Shown here: piece by piece, positions 16,323 to 26,800 of the stretch
How positions within the stretch are numbered: position 1 is the stretch's first letter
How the letters are laid out: each line of letters begins with the position of its first letter
Assembly (NCBI RefSeq): GCF_018398935.1
Contig: NZ_CP074694.1
Coordinates: forward strand, 6,000,001 to 6,032,000
Direction of reading: 5' to 3'
Origin: Telmatocola sphagniphila
GTDB taxonomy: Bacteria > Planctomycetota > Planctomycetia > Gemmatales > Gemmataceae
DNA length: 32,000 nt
Translations under genes and position numbers: made by a program
Notes under the pieces: model-generated
What the model saw: only the letters and a program-made list of their open reading frames with translations
The model's database searches: none
Told to the model about the DNA's origin: nothing

Positions 16323-16574
16323 AATTTTTGATGCTAGGATTAACCCGTAACCATTTCATATCAGGAACTTGTGAAAATTCCCTTGCGCGGGAAGCGATAA
16401 AATGCTAGGAACTCCGGCGGAAACTCCGTCAGCGGTGCAAAGGCTCAGGCTGCAGAAAAAATCTGGATCTCGGCATTCAGACAATCTTCCCAAGGTTTCC
16501 CGGATTGCCTTGTTTGCTTTATCCTTACAATCGGACCTGTTTCGCTTGCCCGATAACTTTATCTCACCCGATTT

Positions 16575-16603
16575 TTGCTTGTAATCGGTTCGCGCGATAT
16601 ATA
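16575..16603 (+). promoter_or_regulatory. Possible sigma-70-type promoter (TTGCTT-N17-TATATA)
   Basis: The hexamers are 17 bp apart, about 55 bp upstream of ATG 16659. Planctomycete promoter consensus is poorly defined. Confidence 0.25.
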
Positions 16604-16658
16604 TTTTCAATGAGACTAATAAGAATGCACTTAGATGGGCCTCGCGGGAGTTTGCATC

Positions 16659-17270
16659 ATGATTCGCTCTGCCACACCGATTCGATTTGGCTTACTCGTC
16701 GTCGTTCTGTCCTTGGCGGCTCAACCCGTTTTGGCCCAGGAAAAGGTCGATACCGATAAGATCATGCTGGCCATCAAGGATTTGGAAAAATCACTGACCG
16801 AACAGAAGAATAAGCAGGATAACAGCAACCTGAATCTGCTCAGCGATATCTCCGCCTTGAAGCTTCGGCTGGATAAGCTGGAAACCGCATTGTCCGCACC
16901 ACCCAAAAACACCGATACTTCCAAGAAAATCGACACTTCAAAGCTCGATTCGGTTGCGAACGAGGATCTCAAGAAGCAAATTGAAGATCTGCGAAAAGAA
17001 AACCTGGAATTGAAAGAACGGCTGCGAACCCAGTCGAAGCGAATCGACACCACGAACGTAGCCAAGCCGGGCAAGATTCGTTTCGTAAATCAGTATCCCA
17101 CCGAAATGACCATTGTTGTGAATAGCCGCCGAATCGACCTCAGCCCATTCCAGGATATAACGGTCACGGTTCCGGCAGGCAGCTTCAACTATCAGGTTCT
17201 CCAAGTTCAGGAATTCATGCAGACACGAACCGTTAGCGAAAACGAAACTTTCGAAGTGAACATCAAATAA
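16659..17270 (+). CDS. Hypothetical secreted coiled-coil protein
   Basis: GGGAG lies 8 nt upstream of ATG 16659. Signal peptide MIRSATPIRFGLLVVVLSLAAQPVLAQE. A heptad-like K/E/L-rich central region, then a beta-rich C-terminus. The track start is 16635. Confidence 0.7.
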   Translation: MIRSATPIRFGLLVVVLSLAAQPVLAQEKVDTDKIMLAIKDLEKSLTEQKNKQDNSNLNLLSDISALKLRLDKLETALSAPPKNTDTSKKIDTSKLDSVANEDLKKQIEDLRKENLELKERLRTQSKRIDTTNVAKPGKIRFVNQYPTEMTIVVNSRRIDLSPFQDITVTVPAGSFNYQVLQVQEFMQTRTVSENETFEVNIK

Positions 17271-17281
17271 ATTTCAGAGGA

Positions 17282-17308
17282 CTCTCCCGGGAAAATTCTC
17301 CGGGAGAG
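17282..17308 (+). terminator. Hairpin with a T-rich tail downstream of the 16659-17270 gene
   Basis: CTCTCCCGG / 9-nt loop / CCGGGAGAG, followed by CTCCGTTTATCTTCCCTTTCTC. Confidence 0.5.
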
Positions 17309-17399
17309 CTCCGTTTATCTTCCCTTTCTCGCTTGCTGTAGCCCATAATTCCAGCGACAATCAATAGATGTACCCTAGGCTCGCTTCCGGAGACCGGGC

Positions 17400-19331
17400 A
17401 TGGCAAGTCGTTCGTCGTTAGGAATTGCTTTTTGCTGGCTGGCTCTGGCCACGCTGTGCGGTTGTTCCCCGACAGTCCAATCCCAGGAAAAACCTCGCGC
17501 CATCCAGGACGCCATTCAACGGGGGGCGGCCTACCTCGAAGCTTTCTACAGCACGGGGGACGACTTTAAAACGGGCGATCATCCGGTAGGGATGGCCGCG
17601 CTCTGTGGCTTGGCGTTGCTGGAATCCGGAATCAAAAAGGATTCCGCTGCGATTCGAAAAATCACCAGCTATATTCGCGAACAGGCCCTGCAGCAGACCA
17701 CCACCTATGAAATCGCATTGATATCCATGTATCTGGACCGTCATGGGGATCTCAGCGATCGACCGACCGTTCAATTTATGGGCGTCCGGCTTCTAGCGGG
17801 TCAGACCGGCATGGGCGGCTGGAGCTATTCCTGCGGCGAGGCCCTGCCCCCCGCCGAGATGCGCAGACTGCAAACCAATTTTGCCGGTGGAAATTCTGAA
17901 CTCAGCACTCCCGACGCCAAAGAAGGGGATAGCAAAACTCCTCGTAAGAAGGTCGATCCCAACAAACCCGAAGTTGTGACCAAGCCTAAAGATAAACCCA
18001 CCCCCACGGAAACCGGCCCCAGCACCTTGCATCCCGATGTCGAAAAATACCTTCGTCTGGTGAATAAAAACCCCCGTTTCGATAATTCGGATGGCGACAA
18101 TTCCAACACGCAATTCGCGATAGTCGGGCTTTGGTGCGCGCGGCGGGCCGGTCTGAACGCGGATAACGCTTTGAAAAAAGCTGAAGCGAGATTCCGGAAA
18201 ACGCAGAGTGGTGACGGCGGCTGGAGCTACATCGGCGCGGATCGACAGCAGTCCACGCCATCGATGACCTGTGCCGGCTTGCTGGGGATAGCCCTGGGTA
18301 TGGGGACCGCGGGTTTGGATCCCACGGGCAACGCTTCCTTGCGAACCCAAAATGCCCCAATTCCCTTGAAAAAAGACGGTACGGAAGAAGCAAAGAAACA
18401 GAACATCAACGATCTCGCATTGAAAGCCGGCCTGTTGCGACTCGAAGCCCACATCCTGCAGAACCAGAACGGAAACAACAATGCGCTGATCGATAACTGC
18501 TACTTTCTCTGGGGTCTGGAGAGAGTTTGCATGGCACTCGGCCTGGATCGCGTCGGTCGGGTCGACTGGTATAAATGGGGCGCCGATCTGTTGGTGCGTT
18601 CTCAACAGGCCAACGGAGCATGGGTGGGCGGCAGTTACGCCGGCGCTAAAGAGGAAGTGAATACCTGTTTCGCCTTGTTGTTTCTGAATCGGACCAACCT
18701 GACCAAGGAATTGACCAAGAGTCTTCGGGTGAAAAATGATTTGAATACTCCGTCGGACTCGGCCCCGAAGACGGGAGGCAAAGAAATCGCGAATACTCCC
18801 CGCACCAATACTCCCATCCCGGTTCGGCGGGAGAATATGAACCCGACACCGGTACCGAAAATCAACGAAGATCTATTCAGCCTCGAAGCCAATCGATTGC
18901 TGCAAAAACTGCTGCAGGCTCCGCCCGGTTCGCGCGCCGCGGTGCTGGAGGAATTACGCGATTCCAAGGGAAGCGTTTATACAGAAGCCTTGATTCGCGC
19001 GGCGGCTCAAGGTCCACAATCGATGCTCGGCGATATTCGCGAAGCCCTGGCTCTTCGTCTGAAACGGATGACCCGTTCGACTCTTCAAGAGATGCTGAAG
19101 GATCCCAATAAAGAGATACGACTCGGAGCGGCGCGGGCTGCGGGGATGAAATTCGATCTCGAACTGGTGCCGCACCTGATCAATGTGGTGACCGATACCG
19201 AAGATCTGGTTGTGCAGGCTGCCCGGACTTCGCTGAAAACTCTCACCGGACAGGACTTTGGGCCGCAGCCGCTAGCCTCGGCCGATGAAAAATTGAAATC
19301 GCAGGGGGACTGGAAGGCGTGGAAGAAGTAG
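17400..19331 (+). CDS. Lipoprotein with prenyltransferase/squalene-oxidase-like (alpha-alpha toroid) repeats and a C-terminal HEAT-repeat domain
   Basis: Lipobox ...ATLCGC. Repeated GGWSY-type motifs: QTGMGGWSYSCG, QSGDGGWSYIG, QQANGAWVGG. A K/P/T-rich linker. C-terminal HEAT-like units: DPNKEIRLGAARAAG, LVPHLINVVTDTEDLVVQAARTSL. Confidence 0.8.
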   Translation: MASRSSLGIAFCWLALATLCGCSPTVQSQEKPRAIQDAIQRGAAYLEAFYSTGDDFKTGDHPVGMAALCGLALLESGIKKDSAAIRKITSYIREQALQQTTTYEIALISMYLDRHGDLSDRPTVQFMGVRLLAGQTGMGGWSYSCGEALPPAEMRRLQTNFAGGNSELSTPDAKEGDSKTPRKKVDPNKPEVVTKPKDKPTPTETGPSTLHPDVEKYLRLVNKNPRFDNSDGDNSNTQFAIVGLWCARRAGLNADNALKKAEARFRKTQSGDGGWSYIGADRQQSTPSMTCAGLLGIALGMGTAGLDPTGNASLRTQNAPIPLKKDGTEEAKKQNINDLALKAGLLRLEAHILQNQNGNNNALIDNCYFLWGLERVCMALGLDRVGRVDWYKWGADLLVRSQQANGAWVGGSYAGAKEEVNTCFALLFLNRTNLTKELTKSLRVKNDLNTPSDSAPKTGGKEIANTPRTNTPIPVRRENMNPTPVPKINEDLFSLEANRLLQKLLQAPPGSRAAVLEELRDSKGSVYTEALIRAAAQGPQSMLGDIREALALRLKRMTRSTLQEMLKDPNKEIRLGAARAAGMKFDLELVPHLINVVTDTEDLVVQAARTSLKTLTGQDFGPQPLASADEKLKSQGDWKAWKK

Positions 19332-19384
19332 AGATTCCTCCCGCGACGGGAGGCTAAGTCCCCCGCAACAACCAGATTTTTACC

Positions 19385-20116
19385 ATGCCAGCCATCCGGA
19401 TCGAAACCCTTTCCAAGCAATATTCCAACGGTACGGTGGGCTTGAAGCCGTGCACTTTTGAAATTCATTCGGAGGAATGTCTGGTCCTGACCGGACCTTC
19501 CGGATCGGGCAAATCTACCCTGCTGCGATTGATTGCCGGGTTGGAAAAAGCCTCCACCGGCAAGATTTTTTTTGATGGTCAGGAAGTCCAGAATCTTCCG
19601 CCGCACCAGCGACAACTGGCGTATCTGGCTCAAAAGCCGGCCCTGTTTCCTCACCTGAACGTGCGAGAGAATCTGAGCGTCGGCCGCGAATTCGAGGAGA
19701 AGCGCAAGCCGCGGGTGGAACGGCTTTCGAACGTGAAGATTCAAGGAATTGTCGAGGAAAAAGCAAATTCCTTACAGATTGCCGATCTTCTCCAACGGCG
19801 GGTTCACGAACTCTCCGGCGGAGAACAACAGCGGGTGGCGCTCGGGCGGGCCTTGGTTCGCGGCGTCAAATTGTGGCTACTGGACGAGCCGATCAGTCAA
19901 CTCGATTTTCCGCTTCGGCAGAAATTATCCGCGGATATTCACTTGCTAAAACGCTCGGAAGGCATCACAATAGTTTATGTAACACACGATCCCCTAGAAG
20001 CGAAGGCACTTGCCGACCGCTTGGGTGTCCTGGAAGAAAATTCCCTCCGGAAGATAGTATCTCCGGAAGAAATTTTAGTTTCCTCGGGACAACCATCGGT
20101 CTTTTTTCGTTTTTAG
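19385..20116 (+). CDS. ABC transporter ATP-binding protein (no permease nearby)
   Basis: Walker A GPSGSGKST, signature LSGGEQQRV, Walker B LWLLDEP, H-loop VTHD. Confidence 0.92.
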   Translation: MPAIRIETLSKQYSNGTVGLKPCTFEIHSEECLVLTGPSGSGKSTLLRLIAGLEKASTGKIFFDGQEVQNLPPHQRQLAYLAQKPALFPHLNVRENLSVGREFEEKRKPRVERLSNVKIQGIVEEKANSLQIADLLQRRVHELSGGEQQRVALGRALVRGVKLWLLDEPISQLDFPLRQKLSADIHLLKRSEGITIVYVTHDPLEAKALADRLGVLEENSLRKIVSPEEILVSSGQPSVFFRF

Positions 20117-20148
20117 AGGATCAGCTTCCCGAGTAAGAGAAATTCGTC

Positions 20149-21534
20149 ATGAATGGTGCCGAACTGCTGCGCGTCATAGACATGATCCATCGCGAGAAGA
20201 ATATCGCGAAGGAAACGATTTTCAACGGTATCGAAGATGCCTTGAAAGTCGCCATGGAACGCAACGGAGCAGCCGAAGACGACGTCATTGTGCACATCGA
20301 CCGCGTCAGCGGTCAGATCGTGGCCCAGCGCGGCGACAAGCAGATCGATCCGGAAGAATTGGGTCGCATCGCCGCACAATCGGCCAAACAACTGATGATT
20401 CAGAAGATGCGCGAAGCCGAAAGCGATGGCGTCTTCAATGAGTTTTCGACGCGCAAAGGGGACATGGTCACCGGCACTGTGCAGCGCGTCGATAATGGCA
20501 CCGGTATTCTCAGCATCTCCAAGGACGGCAAGAACGGCGCCGCCACCATCGAGGCGATACTTCCCCGCAGCGAACAGATCCCCGGCGAAACACTGCACGT
20601 CAACGACCGCGTCAAAGCGGTGGTGATGGATGTCCGCCGCAACGGCCACCGGGTGAAAATCGTTCTGTCTCGTTGCCATCCCGACTTTGTGCGGGCGCTT
20701 TTCGAACAGGAAATTCCCGAAATCGCCGATCGCACCATCGAAATCAAAGCCGTCTCCCGCGAAGCGGGTTATCGCAGCAAGGTCGCCGTCAGTTCCATCG
20801 ATATGAAAGTCGATTGCGTCGGCGCTTGCGTCGGGGTTCGCGGCAGTCGTATCAAGAGCGTGATCGACGAACTCAACGGCGAGCGAATCGACATCGTGCG
20901 CTGGAATGATTCCATGCAGATCATGATTCCCAATGCGCTGTCGCCGGCGGAAATCAGCGAAGTGATGATGTATCCGCGTCTGGGCCGGGCGATCGTTCTG
21001 GTTACCGATGAGAATCTCTCCCTGGCCATCGGTCGCCGCGGTCAGAACGTCCGGTTGGCCAGTAAGCTCGTCGGCTGGGACATTGAAATCATGACCATCG
21101 AAGAGCTGACCGAAGGTGTGGAGAAGGCCGAACGCTGGTTCGGCGGAATCCCGAATGTGCCGGAAAACTTTGCCGAATCGATGATTACCGAAGGTTTCCT
21201 GAGCTACGAAGACATCACCTTCCTCGAACCGGAACAGCTGGCCGAGATGGTGGGTGTAACGCCTGAGGCGGCGGACGAATTCATCCTGTATTGTGAAGAG
21301 CAGGCCGAGCGCATCGAGCGGGAAGGTGAAAGCGAACAGGATCGCGCACCGGTAGTTGCGGTGACCGAAGATACGGAACCCACGCCCGAAGAAATCGCGG
21401 CGGCGGAAGCCGCGCTGGCGGAACAGCAAGGGGAAGAAGTTGTGGTGGAAGCGGAGGCGGAACCGGCTCCGGTTGAGGCGGAAGTTCCTTCGGGCAAAGG
21501 ACTGGATGCTCTGTTCTCGGATGACCCGAAATAA
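20149..21534 (+). CDS. nusA: Transcription termination/antitermination factor NusA
   Basis: The N-terminal domain begins LLRVIDMIHREKNI. S1 domain: GDMVTGTVQRV. Two KH domains: VGACVGVRGSRIKSVIDELNGERIDIV and LAIGRRGQNVRLASKLVGWDIEI. Acidic C-terminal tail. Confidence 0.97.
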   Translation: MNGAELLRVIDMIHREKNIAKETIFNGIEDALKVAMERNGAAEDDVIVHIDRVSGQIVAQRGDKQIDPEELGRIAAQSAKQLMIQKMREAESDGVFNEFSTRKGDMVTGTVQRVDNGTGILSISKDGKNGAATIEAILPRSEQIPGETLHVNDRVKAVVMDVRRNGHRVKIVLSRCHPDFVRALFEQEIPEIADRTIEIKAVSREAGYRSKVAVSSIDMKVDCVGACVGVRGSRIKSVIDELNGERIDIVRWNDSMQIMIPNALSPAEISEVMMYPRLGRAIVLVTDENLSLAIGRRGQNVRLASKLVGWDIEIMTIEELTEGVEKAERWFGGIPNVPENFAESMITEGFLSYEDITFLEPEQLAEMVGVTPEAADEFILYCEEQAERIEREGESEQDRAPVVAVTEDTEPTPEEIAAAEAALAEQQGEEVVVEAEAEPAPVEAEVPSGKGLDALFSDDPK

Positions 21535-21540
21535 GTCGGA

Positions 21541-22290
21541 TCACATCAGGGATTCGATATCCTGGGCCGTCAATTCGTGAATGAACGTGCAACCGATGAT
21601 CCAACCATCATCGGTTTTTTCGCCTAGATAGACGCAGCAAGCCAGAATATTGACGAGCCGATCCTTGGAGGATCGCCGCAACTCCAATTTTAAAGCGGTC
21701 CCGGGTTGGACCGGTGCCTCGACGATCAAACCCACTCCCGAAGGCGAGATATTGGTGATCTTGCCCAGGCCGGCAAACAGGCCATCCGAGGGGACTTTCT
21801 GGAAGCGCACTTCGCCCTGGGTGTTGTAGCGTCGCCAGGCTCGTTTATCGCCCGCTTCCGTACGCACCTTCTTGGCGCCAAACTGTTGCAGATCCTGATC
21901 GTCCAATTCAGCAGAGAAGGTGCAGCCGTGGCTGTACATCCCGCCCGACAGAGGCACGGCATGCATCACGCAGGCAAGAGCCACCACGGAGTCGCCGCAC
22001 AGGCTTTTGGGAAGATCGATGCAGACCAGGCTACCTTCGTCCAGCGCGCGGTTCAATTGCAGCTTCACCCCGCCTCGGGATAGGTCGCAGATCTCCGCCG
22101 GCATATTTTCCGAGTTTGGGACGGCGAAACGACAATGCGTTTTGACCCGCATCTCGTAGCGCGGATGAGCGCGTCGATCATCCAGCGAGATGTCTTCGGC
22201 TGAATCCGTCCACTTATGTATCAGACTTTTCGTGCGTTCGAACATTAGAAGGATTCCAAGGGCTAAATGATCTAAAATGTAATCTAGCAC
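21541..22290 (-). CDS. Tandem PilZ-domain protein (putative c-di-GMP receptor)
   Basis: Domain 1: RRAHPR ... DLSRGG. Domain 2: KRAWRR ... NISPSG. These match the RxxxR and D/NxSxxG PilZ motifs. The start is either GTG 22290 or ATG 22245. Confidence 0.85.
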   Translation of the reverse strand: MLDYILDHLALGILLMFERTKSLIHKWTDSAEDISLDDRRAHPRYEMRVKTHCRFAVPNSENMPAEICDLSRGGVKLQLNRALDEGSLVCIDLPKSLCGDSVVALACVMHAVPLSGGMYSHGCTFSAELDDQDLQQFGAKKVRTEAGDKRAWRRYNTQGEVRFQKVPSDGLFAGLGKITNISPSGVGLIVEAPVQPGTALKLELRRSSKDRLVNILACCVYLGEKTDDGWIIGCTFIHELTAQDIESLM

Positions 22291-22400
22291 ACACTTTTAG
22301 CCCCTAGGTCCGATTCAATCGACTTTCTCCCCGGGACATTTTTGAGATGAGGGTTACAATTTGCTTGCGACCGGGCTTTGAATCGAATTAAAATTCAGCG

Positions 22401-22463
22401 TACGCAGAAGTTGCGCTCTGCGTATCTCCTGGGACGTCGTGGGAGCAACGACCCACGGCGTCC
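22401..22463 (-). terminator. Two adjacent hairpins downstream of the 22511-23677 gene
   Basis: TACGCAGA / 8 nt / TCTGCGTA (22401-24), and a 12-bp stem GGACGTCGTGGG / 8 nt / CCCACGGCGTCC with one G-U pair (22432-63). The minus strand continues with AATTTTAATT after the first hairpin. Confidence 0.4.
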
Positions 22464-22510
22464 TGCTTCTAAATTGGAATTTAGATGGGATTTGCTCCGG
22501 AATCGGCCCA

Positions 22511-23677
22511 TCATTTTCGAAGCAAATCGGCATAAACCGAGAAGCTTTTCAGCCGTGACTCGTCGTTGACGAAGCCCAGATAATAGGGAAAAAATTGGAG
22601 CTCGAGATTGTTTCCCAGGGCCTCAAAACCGGCCTGGCGCAGATTGACTTTGTTCAAACGCAGAATCATGGCCAGGGCGATATCCCGATACTGAACGTGA
22701 TAGACGGTTTGCCGAAGATTAATGGTACTGCATTCTTCCTGCTTCATCAGAAACTTCTCGAGCTGTTCCACGTTCTTCAGCGAACCAAATTTTCCGATCA
22801 CCGTCATGGCTTCCGCAGCGGTGTCCGTCAGGTTTTGATGCTTCCTGAGATATTCGGCGGCGAAATTCAAAGCCTCCCGGAGATCGTTCTCGCGGGCAAA
22901 GTAAAAAGCGGAGGAAAGCTCGGAGGAATCGGCGTCGTCTTTCAGAGATTCCATCCAACCAAGTAGGACTTTGTGGTAAAGCGGCCGCTGATTTCGATTG
23001 GCCAGCGCCCTCTGAAACACGATATCGTTGATGAGGTAGATCGAATTGAGTTGATCGGGCTCTTTCCGCAGTTCAACGCGAACATCTTCCAGAGAGCAGA
23101 CGAAAACCCAGAAAGCAATTTCAATGGCATCGAAAGAAAGAGTCTCTTTCCGACCCGAGCCGCGCGGCTGAGGATCCTCATTTGCTCTCTCGCGTTCTGT
23201 GGTAATCTCGGACTGCCGGGAGCTGCAATAATTTGCCAGCTTTTGCGAATCCTTCCCGATGAGCAGGGCCGCATTCGGTACGCGCCGCAGCATTTGGGCG
23301 TAGAACTGCCGAGTATCCGGAGTGTCCCCCGTCCGCTGGCAGAAGATGTCCCAACCCGGGACTTTCGCTTGAGATTTACCGGTTGGCTCCTGGAGAAAAG
23401 CGTCCAGACGAAGATTCAGATCCTGTTGGCGGACCCGCGGCAGAAGTTCCCGGCAACGCTCCCGAACTTCCGCTTCGGGATGGTGCGCCCCCTGTTCGAG
23501 GGCCTGCAGTGCCGAAGATCCCAAAGACAATAATTCCCGGGAGGCGGACTCCCGAACGCGAAACGAGCGACTTTCGAATTGCCGAACCAATTCCAACGCC
23601 CGTTCCCTCTGTTTGGTGCTTTCCGAGGGAGTGTCGTCGGGCAATGCGAAAGCAAAAAGTAGACAAAGCGACAGCAA
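22511..23677 (-). CDS. Hypothetical secreted protein (helical repeat-like)
   Basis: TTG start, with AGGAGG 7 nt upstream. Hydrophobic N-terminus LSLCLLFAFAL. No family motif recognised. Confidence 0.7.
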   Translation of the reverse strand: MLSLCLLFAFALPDDTPSESTKQRERALELVRQFESRSFRVRESASRELLSLGSSALQALEQGAHHPEAEVRERCRELLPRVRQQDLNLRLDAFLQEPTGKSQAKVPGWDIFCQRTGDTPDTRQFYAQMLRRVPNAALLIGKDSQKLANYCSSRQSEITTERERANEDPQPRGSGRKETLSFDAIEIAFWVFVCSLEDVRVELRKEPDQLNSIYLINDIVFQRALANRNQRPLYHKVLLGWMESLKDDADSSELSSAFYFARENDLREALNFAAEYLRKHQNLTDTAAEAMTVIGKFGSLKNVEQLEKFLMKQEECSTINLRQTVYHVQYRDIALAMILRLNKVNLRQAGFEALGNNLELQFFPYYLGFVNDESRLKSFSVYADLLRK

Positions 23678-23782
23678 GATAACCCCTCCTAGTTGTTGCC
23701 AACCGGTGGCCGGTCCGCAGAAGCGGCCCGTTCTTTATTGTCGCGAATATCGCAGCCAAATTAAAAGGATTTTTTTGGAATA

Positions 23783-23813
23783 CGAAGGATCGGCTAGGCA
23801 AGCCGACCCTTCG
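23783..23813 (-). other. 13-bp hairpin (one mismatch) just after the stop of the 1105-aa gene
   Basis: CGAAGGATCGGCT / AGGCA / AGCCGACCCTTCG. There is no clean U-tract on the minus strand, and a T7 run sits on the plus side. A terminator role is uncertain. Confidence 0.3.
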
Positions 23814-23822
23814 CGAATGAGA

Positions 23823-26800
23823 TCAAGTCCAATCGCAAATCCGCTCGATGTAATCGGCGCTGCCTTCCCGAAGCCAGCCGTCCAGTTGAGCCTGATCCTT
23901 CAATTGCTGGCCGCGCATGCGGGGCACAACCAGGAACCCGCAGTCCAGATCGGTGAGCGCAGTCATGTCGCCCCAGAGTTTTTCGAACTGGCAGACCGGG
24001 AAAATATCCTCCTGTCCGTGGCCCCAGCGTTTCTTCACATCCTTCAAGGTGATGTAAGTTGGCATTCGCCCGGCCAGTCGATGCACGGCCTCGGCGACTT
24101 TGGTTTCGTTTTCCAGGTCGCTTCTGTGCAGTCCGAACACTTCCAGCAGTTGATCGATAGTTGCCCAGGTCGTTAGCGTGTTGTAGTAGAGCAGTTTGAA
24201 TTCATCTTCCTGCCGGGGAAGCGCCAGCCCTTCCACAATGCGAGTCCGACCATCGATTCTCGCCAAGCCGCCGCCGCGGTCGTCGATGCGCTTGCTGATC
24301 ACTTCGTAGCTCAGCGTTTTGCCCGTTTCGATATGCGTGCCGAGCAGACCCGCGTCCAGATTGGCACCCAGCGTATCGATATTGTGAATCAGGAGGTACT
24401 TCAACTGCGACGACTTGCGGAGAGCATCGCGCAATACGCCGTTGCGAAGCATATTGGGAATTTCGAACCAGTGACCGACCGGATGCAGACACTGCATCGG
24501 CAGATTGTCGGTGTAGTCGTTCGCTTCGCCGACGCTGCGGGCCCAGTTGATTAAAGCCGCCTGGATGCTTTCGCGCATCTTCTGTTTTTGTTCGTCCAGC
24601 TGCTGGTGAGCCACTTCCTCCCAGGCGAATCGCAAATCGCGGACCATGGGAACCATTCGAAGGCCGACGCTGCGACCGGTCGAGAGCATCACCTCGCCGG
24701 AATAGTTGTAGTTGCCGACCTGCTGCAGATACTGTTGAATCGGCGCGTGAGTCATGTAACCGGTGGTGAAGACGACGGGAGCGGCTGGCCCGAAGAGCTT
24801 GGCCGATTTACGGGCTTTCGCCAGATGCACTTCCAGGAAGGTGCGATGCCGGCTGGCCAGTTTGCAGAAGGGATGCAAAGCTTTGACGACGCCAGCACCC
24901 TGCGTCCAACGGCTGCCGGCTCCGGCGGCGAGTGTGACGGTTAAAACTTCGCCGCGTTCCAGAGCTTGCCGGCCGAGTTTCTGCCGGTGTTCACTCAGGG
25001 AGCCGCGCGTGTCGATGATGTCTCTGGGGCTGACGTCTTCAATTGAGGAGGTCGAGGAAAGACGATTTTGTGCCAGACCGATCAAGCCCCGGCGGAGATC
25101 GGTCCGGATTCGCTCGTGCTGCTCCCGATCGAAGCCGAATTTCGTCAGCAGATCTTCGAGTTTGTTCGAATCGATGCTCTTCTTTTCTTCCTTGGGGAGC
25201 AGTCTCTCAAATAGAGTCTCGATCACCCCGGCCATGGCAGTTTCAGATCGGCAGGCCGCGCCCATTCGGGTCAGTTCGTCGCGCCGCAACGGCGACATGC
25301 GGCGAATATCCTGCTTCAACCAGAGCGGGGCACAGAGAGCATAATAACCGGGGGAAAGAAGTGCTTGGGCGCCTTCCAGCAGTTCCGCATGAGTACCGTT
25401 CGGATTGATGCGGAAGTCGTAAACGACCGGGTCCATGGCAAAAGGCAGCGAGTGCACCAACTCGCGGCGCAGCTTAGACATTTCTTCCTGAAGAATTGCC
25501 TGCGCATCGACCTTGCGGCTGGGATCGACGATGAAGCCCATGCCGCCACCCGACATGCCGCCGAGCATCCAGAAGCCCCAGAACTGACTTTTCAAACGTC
25601 CTTCGATGCGGGAGATCAAAGTTTCCGTGAAGTAGTTGCTGGCCCAGGGAATGATCTGTTGAATCGGTTCGCGGAAGTTTTTCGTGGTGGCTTTGGCGAG
25701 ATCCTGAATCCGGCCCTGACGCAGCGAATCGACGATGTGATCGAATAAGCCCAGAGCATTCTGCCGGGCAGTCCATTCCTTTTCGCCGCGCAGCAGATAT
25801 TTTTCGGTGACCATTTCCAGAATGGGGCCGACGTTCTGAGCCATGCCGCCGTGGACCAGCACCAGACTGTCCTGGAGTTGTTGACGAGTCAGTTGCGGGA
25901 CCGTTCGCTCACCCATGACGGTGTGTTGAGGGAGCAAGCGGCCGCGGCTGATTCCGAATTCCGGATCGCCTTCGACTGCGAAAGTCCCTTCGATCTTCTT
26001 GATACCGGGCCAGACACCGCCGGAGTCCTGCCAGCCGCCACCTGAACCGCCGATCCATTCTCCCAGAATGGCGCGAGCCGCCACTAATCGCCGTTCGCTC
26101 TCTTCGAGAGGACCGGTCAAAGACCGGGCTTGCCGGGTTGCCCGCATACACACCGCAATTACGCCAGCGAGGAGATTGGTTGAAACCGCCAGTCGGGAGC
26201 CCTTGGGGATGTTGTTCACCTGGCTGACGATTTCCAGACCGCGCCCCGGCCCGACCAGATGCGCCAAGAGGTCGGTGAGCTTTTGCTCCGAACCTTCCAG
26301 GCCCGGCGGCACGATGCCGGAAGAGATCACCCCGGCTTTCAGGAGCCCGGTGTAATCTTTGGCGAAGTTAAAAACTTCGGAGAGTTCGGTAATGTCGGCA
26401 CTGGAATCGAGATCGACCGAGACCAGTCGCAGCACTGGTTCGTCGATCACGCGCAGGTAAACTTCGATAGGCGGTTTGGGTTCGGCATCCCGGCCATGCA
26501 CACCCAGATCGATGGAGACGTTCAGGACCTTCGCCCCTTCGGGATAATCCATGCCGAGAAAGAAGATGTCACTCCAGCAGGAGTGGGTCAGATCCATGCG
26601 AACGGGGGTACGTTCGCGAAGAATCGGATAGGGCGAAGAAGCGGAGGGCCGTTCTAACAGTTCGGGTCGGATGCGCAAACAGTGGTCGGCCGGGTGGCCC
26701 ATGCGGAACATCCAGCGATTTCCCGGTACGCTGCGTACGCTTTTGCGAACCTGCCCGGCCAGAGTTTGAAAGGCCAGGGCGTAATAACCAGCGCCGAGCG

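Noticed and set aside
20113-21429. 438-aa ORF antisense to nusA. Similar long antisense ORFs occur at 29039-30430, 3649-4521, 1487-2230, 17793-18605, 4612-5238, 10763-11458 and 19085-19744, and many lie inside the PEP-CTERM genes
   Set aside because: These are shadow ORFs opposite confidently identified genes. Their products are low-complexity, R/G/H/D-rich sequences with no motifs.
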